From Octopus sinensis (Eukaryota), in NCBI RefSeq assembly GCF_006345805.1, contig NC_043006.1:35278001-35342000 (forward strand): a DNA stretch of 64,000 nucleotides, written 5' to 3'. Position numbers and translations under genes: made by a program. Positions within the stretch are counted from its first letter, which is position 1; each line of letters starts with the position of its first letter. The notes below the pieces were generated by a model. That model saw only the letters and a list, made by a program, of their open reading frames with translations. It had not been told where the DNA came from and ran no database searches. Shown here in pieces: positions 15,801 to 29,271 of the stretch.

Positions 15801-17906
15801 CGTCCTCTCAATTTTCGTTATTTTACGATTAAGGTAATCTTTGTTATTTTTGAAGAAATTGTTCTGCCGCTCTCAGAACATAAGTGGTCGTAACTAAGAA
15901 CGGAAACATTTCTTCAGGCACCCTGCTGTTTAGATCTCCACCAGCGTGAGCCGATGTGGTAGCTATTACGTGTTCACTTGTTGTACAAGTAATAACAACC
16001 AAACCTTTTTCAAATTGCCGCTATTTAGACTGAGTTCGTATTACCTTTTGAATCGAAGTATTTTATGAGTTAAACAAAACTGAATTGACAGTCTACTGAA
16101 GCTGTCGATGCAGAAATCGTGATAAGATTACGGTGTGATACATAAAAATTGGGAATTATTTTTTCAGCTTGAATATTTTAGTAAGTACCCCATTTCCAGT
16201 TTTTCTTTTTATCTCACAACCGGAACACATTAAAAACTAGTTTGCTTTCTTTTATAGTTTCATTACGATTTCCACATGTATTTACGTATTTTGATTCTAT
16301 ACAGTTGTGCAAAACAGACCTTGCGATATTTGCAGAGCTTCGGCGCACATTTCGGTGTTGACTATTTCAGTCCTCTATAATAAAATGTTACCGATGTTAA
16401 CGGGAGAAACGACAACATTGAACCGGATAGTTGAGAACGAGCAGAGGTCTGAAAGAACGACATCGCTACTCTAAAGTCATTCGTTATCATTGATTGCATT
16501 CAGATTAAATTTCAGAAACACCAGTGGGTTAAAATTGAAACCAAAGACATTTGATATTAATGATTACACAGTATCAATAGTTACTGACCTCCAAATAGTT
16601 GACATGGAACGCAGTCACTGCGAGTCTGTGGGCATCAGAAAAATTTGCTTTTCTTTTCGACGATAGGGTATGATAGAAGTGTTGCCAAGATTTCTGAAAA
16701 TAGTAATTGCTTCGGTACAGCATTCTTCTTATTCTGAGCAGCACATCCTCAATAGAGACATCTACATGATAAGACGGTAACGATAGTGCTTTCATAAAGA
16801 CACATTTTTGCACCATTCTACCTAGCTGAAATATTTCTACTATTACCATATCTGTGACACCAGCAATCATCCAACATAAGGTTATTTTCGTTGAATGATT
16901 CCTTTATCAGAGTTGTCACCTATTTTCTATCGGCAATCATCAAAAGACTTCACTCTCATAATTTTAATTTCGAAAGCAACGTATAAAACATTTGTCTGTT
17001 GACATGTGTGAAATCTGCTATCACATCGACTATCATTGAAGAATATTTTATCGTTGTCTATTTAGAGATTCGTTTTATAACGAAATCAGAGCAAAGCGAA
17101 ATAAATTTTCAGCTGACAAATAATTTGTAAACTTCCTCGTTTTTATTGATATTATTTGAGTGGGCGAAGAAGCGAGGTAAAAGATACAGCAAGTAACATC
17201 GCCAATTGGATAAAAGGTGCCATGAAACTCTACCAAATAGTTTCTTCCAAAATACGATCCCAATTTCATGGTGTAAGATAATTCGCTAAACTTCTCTGCA
17301 GCAATTGTTTATAAAGAAACTATTTCCACTGGAGCAGGCGAAGTTATGTGGTAGGAAGTTTCTTTCCCAGCCACAAGGTCCGGGTTCAATCCCATTGCGT
17401 GTATCCTTGGTGGAGTGCCTTCTGTTATTGACTCGTGCAGACTAAAGATTTATAAGTGGATTTAGTATGAAGAAACTATAAGAAAGCCTGTCATGTATAT
17501 GCATATTTTTTTATTCTTTAACTTGTTTCAATCATTTGACTGCGGCCATGCTGGAGCACCGCCTTATTCTTTGTAAGCCTAGTACTTATATCGGTCCGTT
17601 TGGCGAACCGTTAAGTTTCGTGGACGTAAAAACACCAACATCGGTGCCGAGCGATGGCAGGGGTGGAGACAAACACAGACACAAAATATACCCTCTGTCT
17701 ATTTTTACAATCATTACGCAACGGCCATGCTGGGGAACCGCATTGAAGAACTTTCAGTCGAATAAATCAACCTTATACTTCATTATTTTAACACTGTTAT
17801 TTACTCCATCAGTATCGTTTGCAGAACCACTTAGTTACAGGGACGTAAACCTACCAACAGCTGATGTCAAGCATTGATAGGAGGCACACACACAATCACA
17901 CACACG

Positions 17907-17963
<57 letters not shown>

Positions 17964-18655
17964 GATCCTTTCAGTTTCCGTTAAATCAAATCCACTGAAA
18001 AGGCTTTGATGCCCCTGAGGTTATAGTAGAAAACACTTGCCGAATGTGGCACGCAGTAGGACTGAACCCGGAACCGTGTGTTCGGTACGCAAGATTCTTA
18101 CCACACAGCCACGCTCGCGCCTTCACCCAGACATATAATCACAAACTGCAAACACGTGACTTTACAGACTTTCACTCAGATACATGTAGAACAGCATTAA
18201 ACGCAATTCTTTGTTATATAAAGAAGTAATGTTTCTAGTGCGATTCCCCTCCAAATTCCGACCAATTTCGCCGCAGGAGTAAAGAACAAAAGTTATAAGA
18301 AGACAAATACCCGCCACCGTCCATTCTATCTAGTTTCCTGTCAAAGATAAAATCACTGCAAATATTCTTGAAAAGACAATGCATAGATGTGGCAAAGAAG
18401 CGGGTTTATTTTGCATTGAATTCAGTTGTGTCTGAGAAAGCGGAAAGATAAAGTCATTGTTTATTTGTTATCTTTCTACATACAAGCATGCAAACGTACG
18501 TACATACATACATACATACATACATACACACACACACATATATACATATAAATGCATGGATGTATGTATGGCTGTACGTATGTGTAAAGATAAAAAAAAT
18601 AATGACTTAATATTACAATATATATATATGTGTGTGTGTATATAATATAGCTTAC

Positions 18656-18701
<46 letters not shown>

Positions 18702-18751
18702 ACATATATATATATGTGTGTGTGTATATATATATATAATATAGCTTACAC

Positions 18752-18782
<31 letters not shown>

Positions 18783-19404
18783 AGCTTACGAATGTGTACG
18801 CACGTATACATGTATAGGTTACATGATGCAGCTATTAGATACCCTGCAATACATACAATCATTTAAGTGGCATTGCTGAGATTTCGAGATTCTCACTATC
18901 TTCTATTCGAGTATCATTAATTTGCGGGTTCCAAATCTACACCAATACCTAACTGCTTATGAATTTAAGTGAAAGGCATCATGTAGCATTCCCTATGGTT
19001 TCAATTATGGAACGTGCATTCTGCCGCTTCAACAGCGATTCCAACGTCAGGGAAAGATTTCATGAGTAAGTCTCCCACACATCCCTCGACTGCCCAATTC
19101 AATTAGGTGACTCTCAACCCAGCTTTTGCACTGCACCGTTAAAAATCCTGAGGCAGGCAGTTCTCACAAGAAGTCAAAGAGAGGCTCACATCTAAGTTGA
19201 GGGTTGTTTGCACGATGTATTCGGGTAATCAGGGATATTGAGTTGTTGCACAACATGCACTCATAAATAGCCATTTTAGATTGAGGACACGATCTTTTCT
19301 GTTGAAGGAAATAAAGATTCACTTCTACTTGGAGAAAATAACGGGTTTCCAGTACAGGTATAGATACATTAATACGTACATACATACATACATGTATGCA
19401 TATG

Positions 19405-19491
<87 letters not shown>

Positions 19492-20460
19492 TGTGCATGC
19501 GTGTGTGTGTATGTATATATTTATATATAAATATATATATACATAAATATATATGCACTCACACACACGTATATATATTATATATATATATGCATACATA
19601 CATGCACACACACACATATATTTATATATATATATATATATATATACATATGCATACATGTACGTATGTATGTATGTATGTATGTATGTATGTATGTATG
19701 TATGTATGTATGTATGTATGTATGTATGCATGCATGTATGTATGTATATATGTACGTATGAATGTATCTATACCTCTATTTATAAACTGGAATATTTTAA
19801 ATCTTAATTATAAAAATATATATGAAACCATTATTCTATACTACTTTAGTTAATCGTTCGATAGAAATTTAAGTGTAATAACAGGTTTTATGAGAAACTT
19901 TAAAGTGCCTTCGTGAATAACTGTGAACCTATTTTTGGACCCCATCTTATAATGACACTCTACACCGTTTATAAGGAAGTTTCTCTGGCCAAATTGAGTA
20001 CATCTCACACATTTTAATTTTCATGTCATTGGTACACTTGATGGTGTTGGTGTTCTTGTTGGTAGTGGTGAGGCTGGCGGCTGCTGCTGCTGCGGAGGCT
20101 TCTCTTATTTTCGACGCACCTGCTCTAATTGTTGTAACTTGTTTTTGTATATTTCACTGATAGCAACATTCTTATAGTCATTAAGCACTCTAATATACAG
20201 CTATGCATAAATAAATAAATAAATAAATAATATATATATATATAGCAATAATAATTCTCTAAAAGAGATATAGACAGTAACTGCTCGATAACATAAGGGA
20301 TTAAAGCCATCTGAATATGGCTAGGGACAGGGCAGGGTGGTTGGGGTGTTACTGTTGCATTTAGCCCCAGGCGAACATCGACGTCGCCAGATAGGCTTGA
20401 CACCATCACGGTGTCCTTTAACCTGCAAAGGGAGATAATTCCCCGATGAAGCGGAAACCA

Positions 20461-20506
20461 CACACGGACCATGGTTTCAAGGTGTATTGCCTATCGTCAA
20501 CGTGTG
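20461..20506 (-). ncRNA. Inverted copy of the same hammerhead
   Basis: Reverse complement of 20829-20874. Confidence 0.7.
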
Positions 20507-20828
20507 GTAGGCCACCGCTTCCTCGACGAAATCTCACTCTGCAGGATATTCATATATAGATTTTCAAGCAAAATACATTTGCTGATTTCGAAAATCTGTT
20601 CGACAGCAATAATAATTCTCTAAAAGAGATATAGACAGTAACTGCTCGATAACATAAGGGACTAAAGCCATCTGAATATGGCTTATCGAGCAGTTACTGT
20701 CTATATCTCTTTTAGAGAATTATTATTGCTGTCGAACAGATTTTCGAAATCAGCAAATGTATTTTGCTTGAAAATCTATATATGAATATCCTGCAGAGTG
20801 AGATTTCGTCGAGGAAGCGGTGGCCTAC

Positions 20829-20874
20829 CACACGTTGACGATAGGCAATACACCTTGAAACCATGGTCCGTGTG
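20829..20874 (+). ncRNA. Minimal type I hammerhead ribozyme (C3U core variant)
   Basis: CACACG-TTGACGA-t AGG caataca CCT t-GAAAC-CATG-GTC-CGTGTG; palindromic helix III; GUC triplet; stem I extends via GAAGCGG/CCGCTTC. Confidence 0.7.
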
Positions 20875-21044
20875 TGGTTTCCGCTTCATCGGGGAATTAT
20901 CTCCCTTTGCAGGTTAAAGGACACCGTGATGGTGTCAAGCCTATCTGGCGACGTCGATGTTCGCCTGGGGCTAAATGCAACAGTAACACCCCCACCACCC
21001 TGCCCTGTCCCTAGCCATATTCAGATGGCTTTAGTCCCTTATGT

Positions 21045-21081
<37 letters not shown>

Positions 21082-21203
21082 GTATGTATATATATATATA
21101 TATATATATAAAATATTATTCGAGACAAAACCACTATTTTGCAAAACAAACAAGGAAAGACTTAATTAATACATAAAATTTTAATAAATAGTCAAAAAAA
21201 CCG

Positions 21204-21246
21204 CCACTACAATCGTTTCTTGTCTTGATCGACAATCTTCAGGTGG
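21204..21246 (-). ncRNA. Minimal type I hammerhead ribozyme, canonical core
   Basis: Minus strand: CCAC-CTGAAGA-TTGTC gatcaa GACAA-GAAAC-GATT-GTA-GTGG; stems I and II pair perfectly and all core nucleotides are conserved. Confidence 0.8.
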
Positions 21247-21323
21247 ACTTCCAATAATTCAGTGTCAAAATATATGTATATATATATATATGTATGTATA
21301 TATATATATATATATATAATATA

Positions 21324-21369
<46 letters not shown>

Positions 21370-22299
21370 GGGAGCTTGTGGGTGTGTTTGTACCAGTAAA
21401 TGTTTATATTAAGCATGTTGGAGTTATAATTGTATTCAGTGTTTCGACAAGAACGAAAATGTAGACAAATAGAGGAAAATATTTAAAATGAGTGAGATAA
21501 GCACACACGCATACATACATACATACATACATACATACATACATACATACATACATACATACACACACACATACATACACACACACATACATACATACAT
21601 ACATACATACATACACACATACATACATACATGCATACATACATACATACATGCATACATACATACATACGTACACAAACACGGCTGGACGCACATATTT
21701 ATATGCACACAATATGTAGAGAGAAAGATAGATCAACTGAGAAAAGGTCAAGAAAATTCAACGTACAGTACGACTTAAAATGACGTTATATTCCAAGTGA
21801 CTTCATCGCCGATGTTTCTGCCTGGCAATGCTTAACCCACCTTTTTCTTGGTGCACACGAGCAAGTTAGCTCTTACGAATTTTATGTAGATCTTCATGTG
21901 TGTAGATACTTTTGTGGGTTAGAGAAAGGATAGGGCTGACACGGAAAAGAGAAAACATATATATTGCTTATATCGCTGTTGTCGATGGTCATTAAACCCA
22001 AGAATATTTCGAGTAAGACTTTCTCCAAAAGTCAATTGTCATCGAATGTACATATTTTGCAGACGATGTGTTATTGAATCAAATGTTTTGCAATATTTTG
22101 ACAACTTATTTGCTTTCTACAGCAGTTTACAATAAGAGAATTCAAAGTAAAGGCCATCACGTTGTACCATTTAAAGCCACCTTTCTGTCAGCTCGTTGAT
22201 CTTAGAAGGCGGCGAGCTGGCAGAAACGTTAGCAGGCCGGGCGTAATGCTTAGCGGTATTTCGTCTGCCGTTACCTGTCACGAGTGTCATCCCCGAAAA

Positions 22300-22545
22300 T
22301 GTGGTATTGTGCATCGAGAGTTTGGTCCCCCAGGGCCAGACCGTGAATCGGAGTTCTACTGCGACGTTTTGAAACATTTGAGAGAGGACATTCGGCGAAA
22401 GTAACCGGATGTGTGGAGCGTGAAGAAATGGAATCTTCGTGGAGCTCTAATCACTCGTGAGTTTCTCGCCAAAAACAATATATTAACGCTTTTGCTCCTG
22501 CCCTATTCGCCATATTTAGCACCCGAAGATTTCCATCGCCGAGAT
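22300..22545 (+). pseudogene. Mariner transposase fragment
   Basis: IVHREF..EFYCDVLKHLREDIRRK..EFLAKNN..PYSPYLAPEDF, with stops and frameshifts. Confidence 0.7.
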
Positions 22546-22757
22546 CCAGTGTGAATCGCAGAAGTTCCTCGACTCGGTTACGGATTCCACAAATGGCAGA
22601 AACGCTGGGAACGGTGTATTTCTGTACAATACGATGTTAAAACTTAAGTAAATAAGTTACTTTTTATCAAACGTAATTAGTCTTGGTAATCTTTGGGGAA
22701 ATTTTCGGTGTTTTCTTGTTTGTCTTTGTTCTTGGATTTTACCGACATTATCTATCA

Positions 22758-22805
<48 letters not shown>

Positions 22806-22965
22806 GTCTATCTATCTATCTATCTATCTCTCTCTCTCTCTCTATATATATATATTTATATATATACATATATACATTCATGCATATATATATATACACA
22901 TATATACATATATATATATACATACATACATATATATATACATACATATATATATATATAACCAC

Positions 22966-23019
<54 letters not shown>

Positions 23020-23242
23020 CATATATACATACATATAAAATACAGTGTACATTTAAACACATGAAGTGGTTTCTATCATAGGAATCCTTTACGGTAGAAA
23101 GAACAGCTGAATTTCAAATCACTAATTAGAGATAAATTCTCGAAGGGAATGAAAAATAAGAACATATGCCATCTTCTTCCTAGACCATGGTTTCTGACTT
23201 ATTTTAGTAAACAAAATTAATTTACCAGGCGGTGTCTTCATC

Positions 23243-23295
23243 TTGTGTGCATATTTATATGAAAACACACAACAGACTGCTTGATAAATAGACAG

Positions 23296-23367
<72 letters not shown>

Positions 23368-23418
23368 CTGTCTATTTATCAAGCAGTCTGTTGTGTGTTT
23401 TTACATAAATGCACACAA
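23243..23418. repeat. Imperfect palindrome centred on a (TA)n tract
   Basis: CACACAACAGACTGCTTGATAAATAGACAGC-(TA)n-GCTGTCTATTTATCAAGCAGTCTGTTGTGTG, with diverged outer ends. Confidence 0.85.
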
Positions 23419-24799
23419 AGCAGTACACACATTCATGAAATAGGAAGACACAGGAATTATTATACATATTATATTCCTTTCAACATTTTTCTTTATTGTT
23501 GGATACAAGTATGTTAAAATCTATCGGGCAAACTTGTGTTCAAATGATTTCCAACAGTGGACCTACCATCTTTTTATATCTTTCTTCTTTGAAAGAACAA
23601 TATGTGATACGATGTCCATTTGTCTACTATTTCTACAATATCAAAAGACCGCCTACAGGCTCCTTCTCATCTTGCAGTTTAAGTTCATACATCATAGAGA
23701 TGACTTAGTGTTTAGTGAGTTCTCTGTTGTGACATTTTTGTCTGAAATGTCAGAACGAAATTTTATTCACAGTACACAAATTTATCTGCTTTTCGAACGC
23801 TAATCTGTTTTGTAGTTTGTTTTCAAAGCTATGCCCGTGTCTCAAACGTTTTTATTTTATTCCTTGATCACTGAGATAAGTCTGCAACATGATTTTATCT
23901 ACTGGTAGCAGTCATAGATTACTATTTCGTTAATGGTGTACTTAGTATCCTCATTCTACGTTAGGTGATTTAGGCTTCGGCGCTGTTGACGTTGGCGCTA
24001 TATCGTTAATAAGATATATACCAGCATATTGTAGAGCGTCTGAACTATAAACTGCATCCAGAAATTTTTAGGTGAATGTTAAAGCCATCATCATCATAAA
24101 CATGGCATAGAATACAGAGAGGTTCGCATAAAAGGTGTTTAGGTCTTCCGCATAATGAATACTAATCTCTCCAGTTTTTGCCATTAATACAAAACCTAAT
24201 AAAAGAACTGTTTAGCTTCTTTCATTCAATGCAAAGAAACAACCTTATTTCAACAATTAAATTAATACATACTTAATACATACCAGATGCTATGATCTCA
24301 GATCGCAGAAGTCTAGAGAGAAGTTTCTGTGGATGTTCAAACTGAACCAAGAGTTATATCAGTTCCATAGAATGACTGGATGAGATCCATCGATAAGCTA
24401 CGTGAAGTGACCTAAGAATATTGACAAAACAAATACCTAATATTCTCAAATTTTTCAGAGAAATAATGACGCCAGTAAGCTATACTAGTTGAAAAGAAAT
24501 ATGCCATACATACACACACACATACATACATACATACATACATACATACATACAAACAAACAAAAATACCCTCTTGTTAATGTTGAAATTCCAATGAAGG
24601 CGTCTTGGATCTAGATTATAAACCGATTCTTTCTCTATTGTTAAGAATCTAAAATATACTCAATGATGACATACATACATACATGCATGCATACATACAT
24701 GAATATATACATATATGCATACATACGTATATGCATAATTATCAAATAAACAGTGACGTAGACTGACAGACTTACAGACGTAGGTAAAGAGATGACAGA

Positions 24800-25054
24800 T
24801 AGATAGATAAATAGATAGGTGGGAAGGTATGTATGTATGTATGTAGGTAGGTAGGTAGGTAGGTAGGTAGATAGATAGGTAGGTAGGTAGGTAGGTAGAT
24901 ATGTAGGTAGATAGATAGGTAGGTAGGTAGGTAGGTAGGTATGTATGTAGATAGGTAGGAAGGAAAGCAGGTAGGTAGGTGGGTAGGTAAGTAGGTAGGT
25001 AGGTAGATAGGGAGGTAGCTAGGTAGGTGGCTAGGTAGATAGATAGATAGGTAA

Positions 25055-25123
<69 letters not shown>

Positions 25124-25143
25124 TAGATAGATAGATAGATAGA
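24800..25143. repeat. (GTAT)/(GGTA)/(GATA)/(GA) compound microsatellite
   Basis: Direct inspection. Confidence 0.95.
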
Positions 25144-25497
25144 TACGTATGTGTGTATGTATAAGCATCCTCAACAGTATATAGGAAAAGGACATACGTT
25201 CTTCAAATGATTTTCGTTTCTTTTCTTCCTTACGTCTATATTCATTCTTATTCTACTTTGACAAATTAACCATCTCAAAACCTTAATTTGCATTTCCTTG
25301 CCTTCCGTTCTTTCCGAGTGCCAATCACTGTCCACGATGTCTATTCATATTTTGTGGGTGCTTATATTCCGGGTTCAGTCCCACTGCATCATGCCTTGGG
25401 CAAATGTCTTCTGTGAGTGGATTTGGTAGATGGAAACTGAGAGAAACCTGTCGTATATATATATGTATATATATATATGTATATGTATATATATATG

Positions 25498-26018
<521 letters not shown>

Positions 26019-26022
<4 letters not shown>

Positions 26023-26813
26023 CATAAATATTAGAGAGTGACCACTATGTTGTTCACTTTAATGCTAAAAATAGCTCCGCTAATGGTATAGCCACTAAAA
26101 GTTGTTTCCAAGAAGAAATACCACTACATTTAACGTAAGGTAAGTGAAACACAACGAAAAAATAGATTAACCCTGAACTATTGTTTCATTATTAATGTAA
26201 TATGCAATTTTACTTACATAACATCCATAAATCTTCAGCAGAGGTTTGTCTTAAATACAATTTATTAAGTCGCAGCAAGCGTCAAATACACGTGCGGTTT
26301 AATCGATTGTATTCGTAGTTATGATTCAAATTTCCCCGCCAAAAGAGCGAAAAGACTTACTGGAAATGAGTACTGCATCAAATATTTACTGCAGTATAAT
26401 TAAATTTATAAATTTTATATAAAATATTTACTGCAGTATAATTAAATTTATAAATTTTATATAAAATTTATAAATTTAATTATACTCTTTTGGCGGGGAA
26501 ATTTGAATCATAACTACGAATACAATCGATTAAACCGCACGTGTATTTGACGCTTGCTGCGACTTAATAAATTGTATTTAAGACAAACCTCTGCTGAAGA
26601 TTTATGGATGTTATGTAAGTAAAATTGCATATTACATTAATAATGAAACAATAGTTCAGGGTTAATCTATTTTTTCGTTGTGTTTCACTTACCTTACGTT
26701 AAATGTAGTGGTATTTCTTCTTGGAAACAACTTTTAGTGGCTATACCATTAGCGGAGCTATTTTTAGCACTAGAGTGAACCACATAGTGGTCACTCTCTA
26801 ATATTTATGTATA
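26019..26813. repeat. 329-bp inverted repeat (26019-26347 / 26485-26813) with a rearranged AT-rich spacer
   Basis: Arms are reverse complements with 3 differences noticed near the outer end. The spacer holds a ~42-nt tandem duplication and a further short fold-back. Confidence 0.9.
26586..26663 (+). ncRNA. Type I hammerhead candidate with long stem II (mirror copy at 26169-26246, minus)
   Basis: AACCTCTG-CTGAAGA-tTTAT..ATGTAA/TTACAT..ATAAt-GAAAC-AATA-GTT-CAGGGTT; core intact, GUU triplet, non-palindromic loop III. Confidence 0.5.
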
Positions 26814-26916
26814 AATTTTTTATTTTTCCCTTGGTTTTTATGTGCTAAGCCACTTGGTGTTAAATTGATGGTATTATTAAACTGATATCAAGTTTTTCAC
26901 CCGCATTTATAAATTT

Positions 26917-26998
<82 letters not shown>

Positions 26999-27186
26999 TA
27001 TGTATTGTGTGTGTGTTTGTCCCCTCACCATCGCTTGACAATCGATGGTGATGTGTTTTCGTCGCCGTAATTTTCTGGTTTGGCAAAAGAGACCGACAGA
27101 GTAAGTACTAGGCTTAGAAAGAATACGTGGTGGCTGCAGTCAAATGACTGAAAGAAATAAAAGCATAAAATAACATATATACATAC

Positions 27187-27217
<31 letters not shown>

Positions 27218-27874
27218 CATATAATATCTACACATATGTATATACGTAGATATTTATGTGTAGGTGTGTGTATATGTGTTTGTGACTGAGTTGGTGAGTG
27301 TGTATGCTTTTATATAAGTTGTGTTGGGATATTTTCGTTCCGATGAATGTATATAGCATTCCATTTATTCCCGCTTTTGTTCCCCGTGAAAGCTCTAGAA
27401 TTTCGCATATGGAAAGGACAAAATCATCTTATAGCGTTCTTAAAATAGACGACAAATTGATTCCTATTATTATGTTCGTTCATATTAGTATTGCATACTG
27501 GAAAAATTACTCATCTCCCAAATTTTTTTCTCCCTCTCTGCCGCACTAACATTCTCTTTTTTTTCCTCTTTTTGTACGTAGATATATAAGTATATATGCG
27601 TGTGTGTGTGGCTATGTACATACACATACGCTCACAGATGTATGTATACAGATATTTACATATATATATAAATACCTATATATATGTGTGTGTATGTGTG
27701 TGTGTACATACAACATACACTCACACGCACACAGACATACGCAAACGATAGCTATATATCTATCTATCTATCTGACTATCGATCTATCTATGCATCTCTG
27801 TCTATGTACGTATCTATCTATCTATATATCAATTTATCTATCTATGTGTGAATATTTCTCCCTCTCTCTCTCTT

Positions 27875-27908
<34 letters not shown>

Positions 27909-28106
27909 ATATATATATATATATTTAAGAATACATATATATTCATATATTTCTATATATATGAGATTATGTATACATATATAAATATGCATATGTACAT
28001 ATATATACACACACACTCATGCACACACATATACATATTTTAGAGTCAATTATATACTTGTCTCCGTGAGTGCGGAGATTTGCAATGATACATTTTACCA
28101 TTGCAA

Positions 28107-28179
<73 letters not shown>

Positions 28180-28380
28180 GAGGACACCACCGCCACCACC
28201 ACCACCACCACTACTAATACTACTGCTGCTATTGGTAGTACCACTACCAACAACAACCATGAGTACCAATGATAACTAGGATGGTGATAATGACGATAAT
28301 GATGATCAAGATGATGATGAGAGAATTAATAATAATAATGATAATAGCAATAGTAATAATAATAATAACAACAACAACAA

Positions 28381-28425
<45 letters not shown>

Positions 28426-28894
28426 TAATAATAGAAAATAATAATAATAATAATAAAAAATAATAAAGAAGAAGAAGAAGAAGAAGAAGAAGAAGAAGAA
28501 GAAGAAGAAGAAGAAGAAGAAGAAGAGAAGAAGAAGAAGAAGAAGAAGAAGAAGAAGAAGAAGAAGAAGAAGAAGAAGAAGAAGAAGAAGAAGAAGAAGA
28601 AGAAGAATTATAATGAAACATTTTATTAATATTGATACCTTCGCTATTATTAGTATATAATAATTATTATATGAATCCCCTAATTTCTCTCACCGCAAAG
28701 TTTGCTATTATGTTGAATATCACTTTGAGATTTTTCTACCTCAATGTTCCTTACACACACACACACATGTATATATGTAATATATATGTCGATATGTATG
28801 TATATATGTATATATATGTGTGTGTGTTAAATAAAATGGGACAACAAAGCCAACGATGTGTGGAATTTATAGGAAATTTATAAAGACACAGTTA

Positions 28895-28942
28895 GTCTTA
28901 CAGCTGTTTCTGGGATAGTTGGAATATTCCTTCATCAGAGAC
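28895..28942 (-). ncRNA. Minimal type I hammerhead (palindromic ACAGCTGT helix III)
   Basis: GTCT-CTGATGA-aGGAATAttccaacTATCCCa-GAAAC-AGCT-GTA-AGAC. Confidence 0.65.
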
Positions 28943-29221
28943 GTTGAACTGTTCATTCAAAGGGATTTTATGTTATATGACTCCACACTATCCATTTATA
29001 ATTAAAAAAAATATGATCTCCTATCGATCTACACACCATAGACAAGAGACATATCTGCCCATTCTACACAGCACTATCTTTGGATAATGGACCTGCATCT
29101 GTAACGTCCTACATATATTTTTATTTTTATTTTCTTATTTACTTTCATACTTCCTATATCCATACTTTCCCAAAATAACGCCTTATACTCAACCATTTCA
29201 CTCTAGTTAACTGTCTCATAT

Positions 29222-29271
29222 GGTCACTGATGAAAGGATATCCCTTATATCCTAGGAACAGCTGTAAGACT
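29222..29271 (+). ncRNA. Mutated paralogous hammerhead (GAAA changed to GGAA)
   Basis: CTGATGA-a AGGATAT ccctt ATATCCT a-GGAAC-AGCT-GTA-AGAC; part of a diverged inverted copy of ~28825-28945. Confidence 0.55.

Larger units (their letters stand above)
20244..21047. mobile_element. 361-nt hammerhead-containing unit: ~1.2 direct copies (20244-20683) plus one inverted full monomer (20683-21047); retrozyme / non-autonomous Penelope-like candidate
   Basis: CTGCTCGATAAC recurs at 20281 and 20642 (period 361). The right arm is the reverse complement of one circularly permuted unit with a 4-nt terminal overlap, and differs from the first left copy by two substitutions that I noticed. (TA)n lies on both flanks. 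Confidence 0.7.

Noticed and set aside
12900-16900. ORFs at 14320-14604, 15031-15642 and 16574-16870 in less repetitive sequence
   Set aside because: No motifs recognised. Part of the region (~13560-13650, minus) looks like highly decayed RLE-LINE, but too weakly to annotate.
24585-24650. ATGAAGG...TAAAC-CGAT-TC hammerhead-like spacing
   Set aside because: Too many core mismatches
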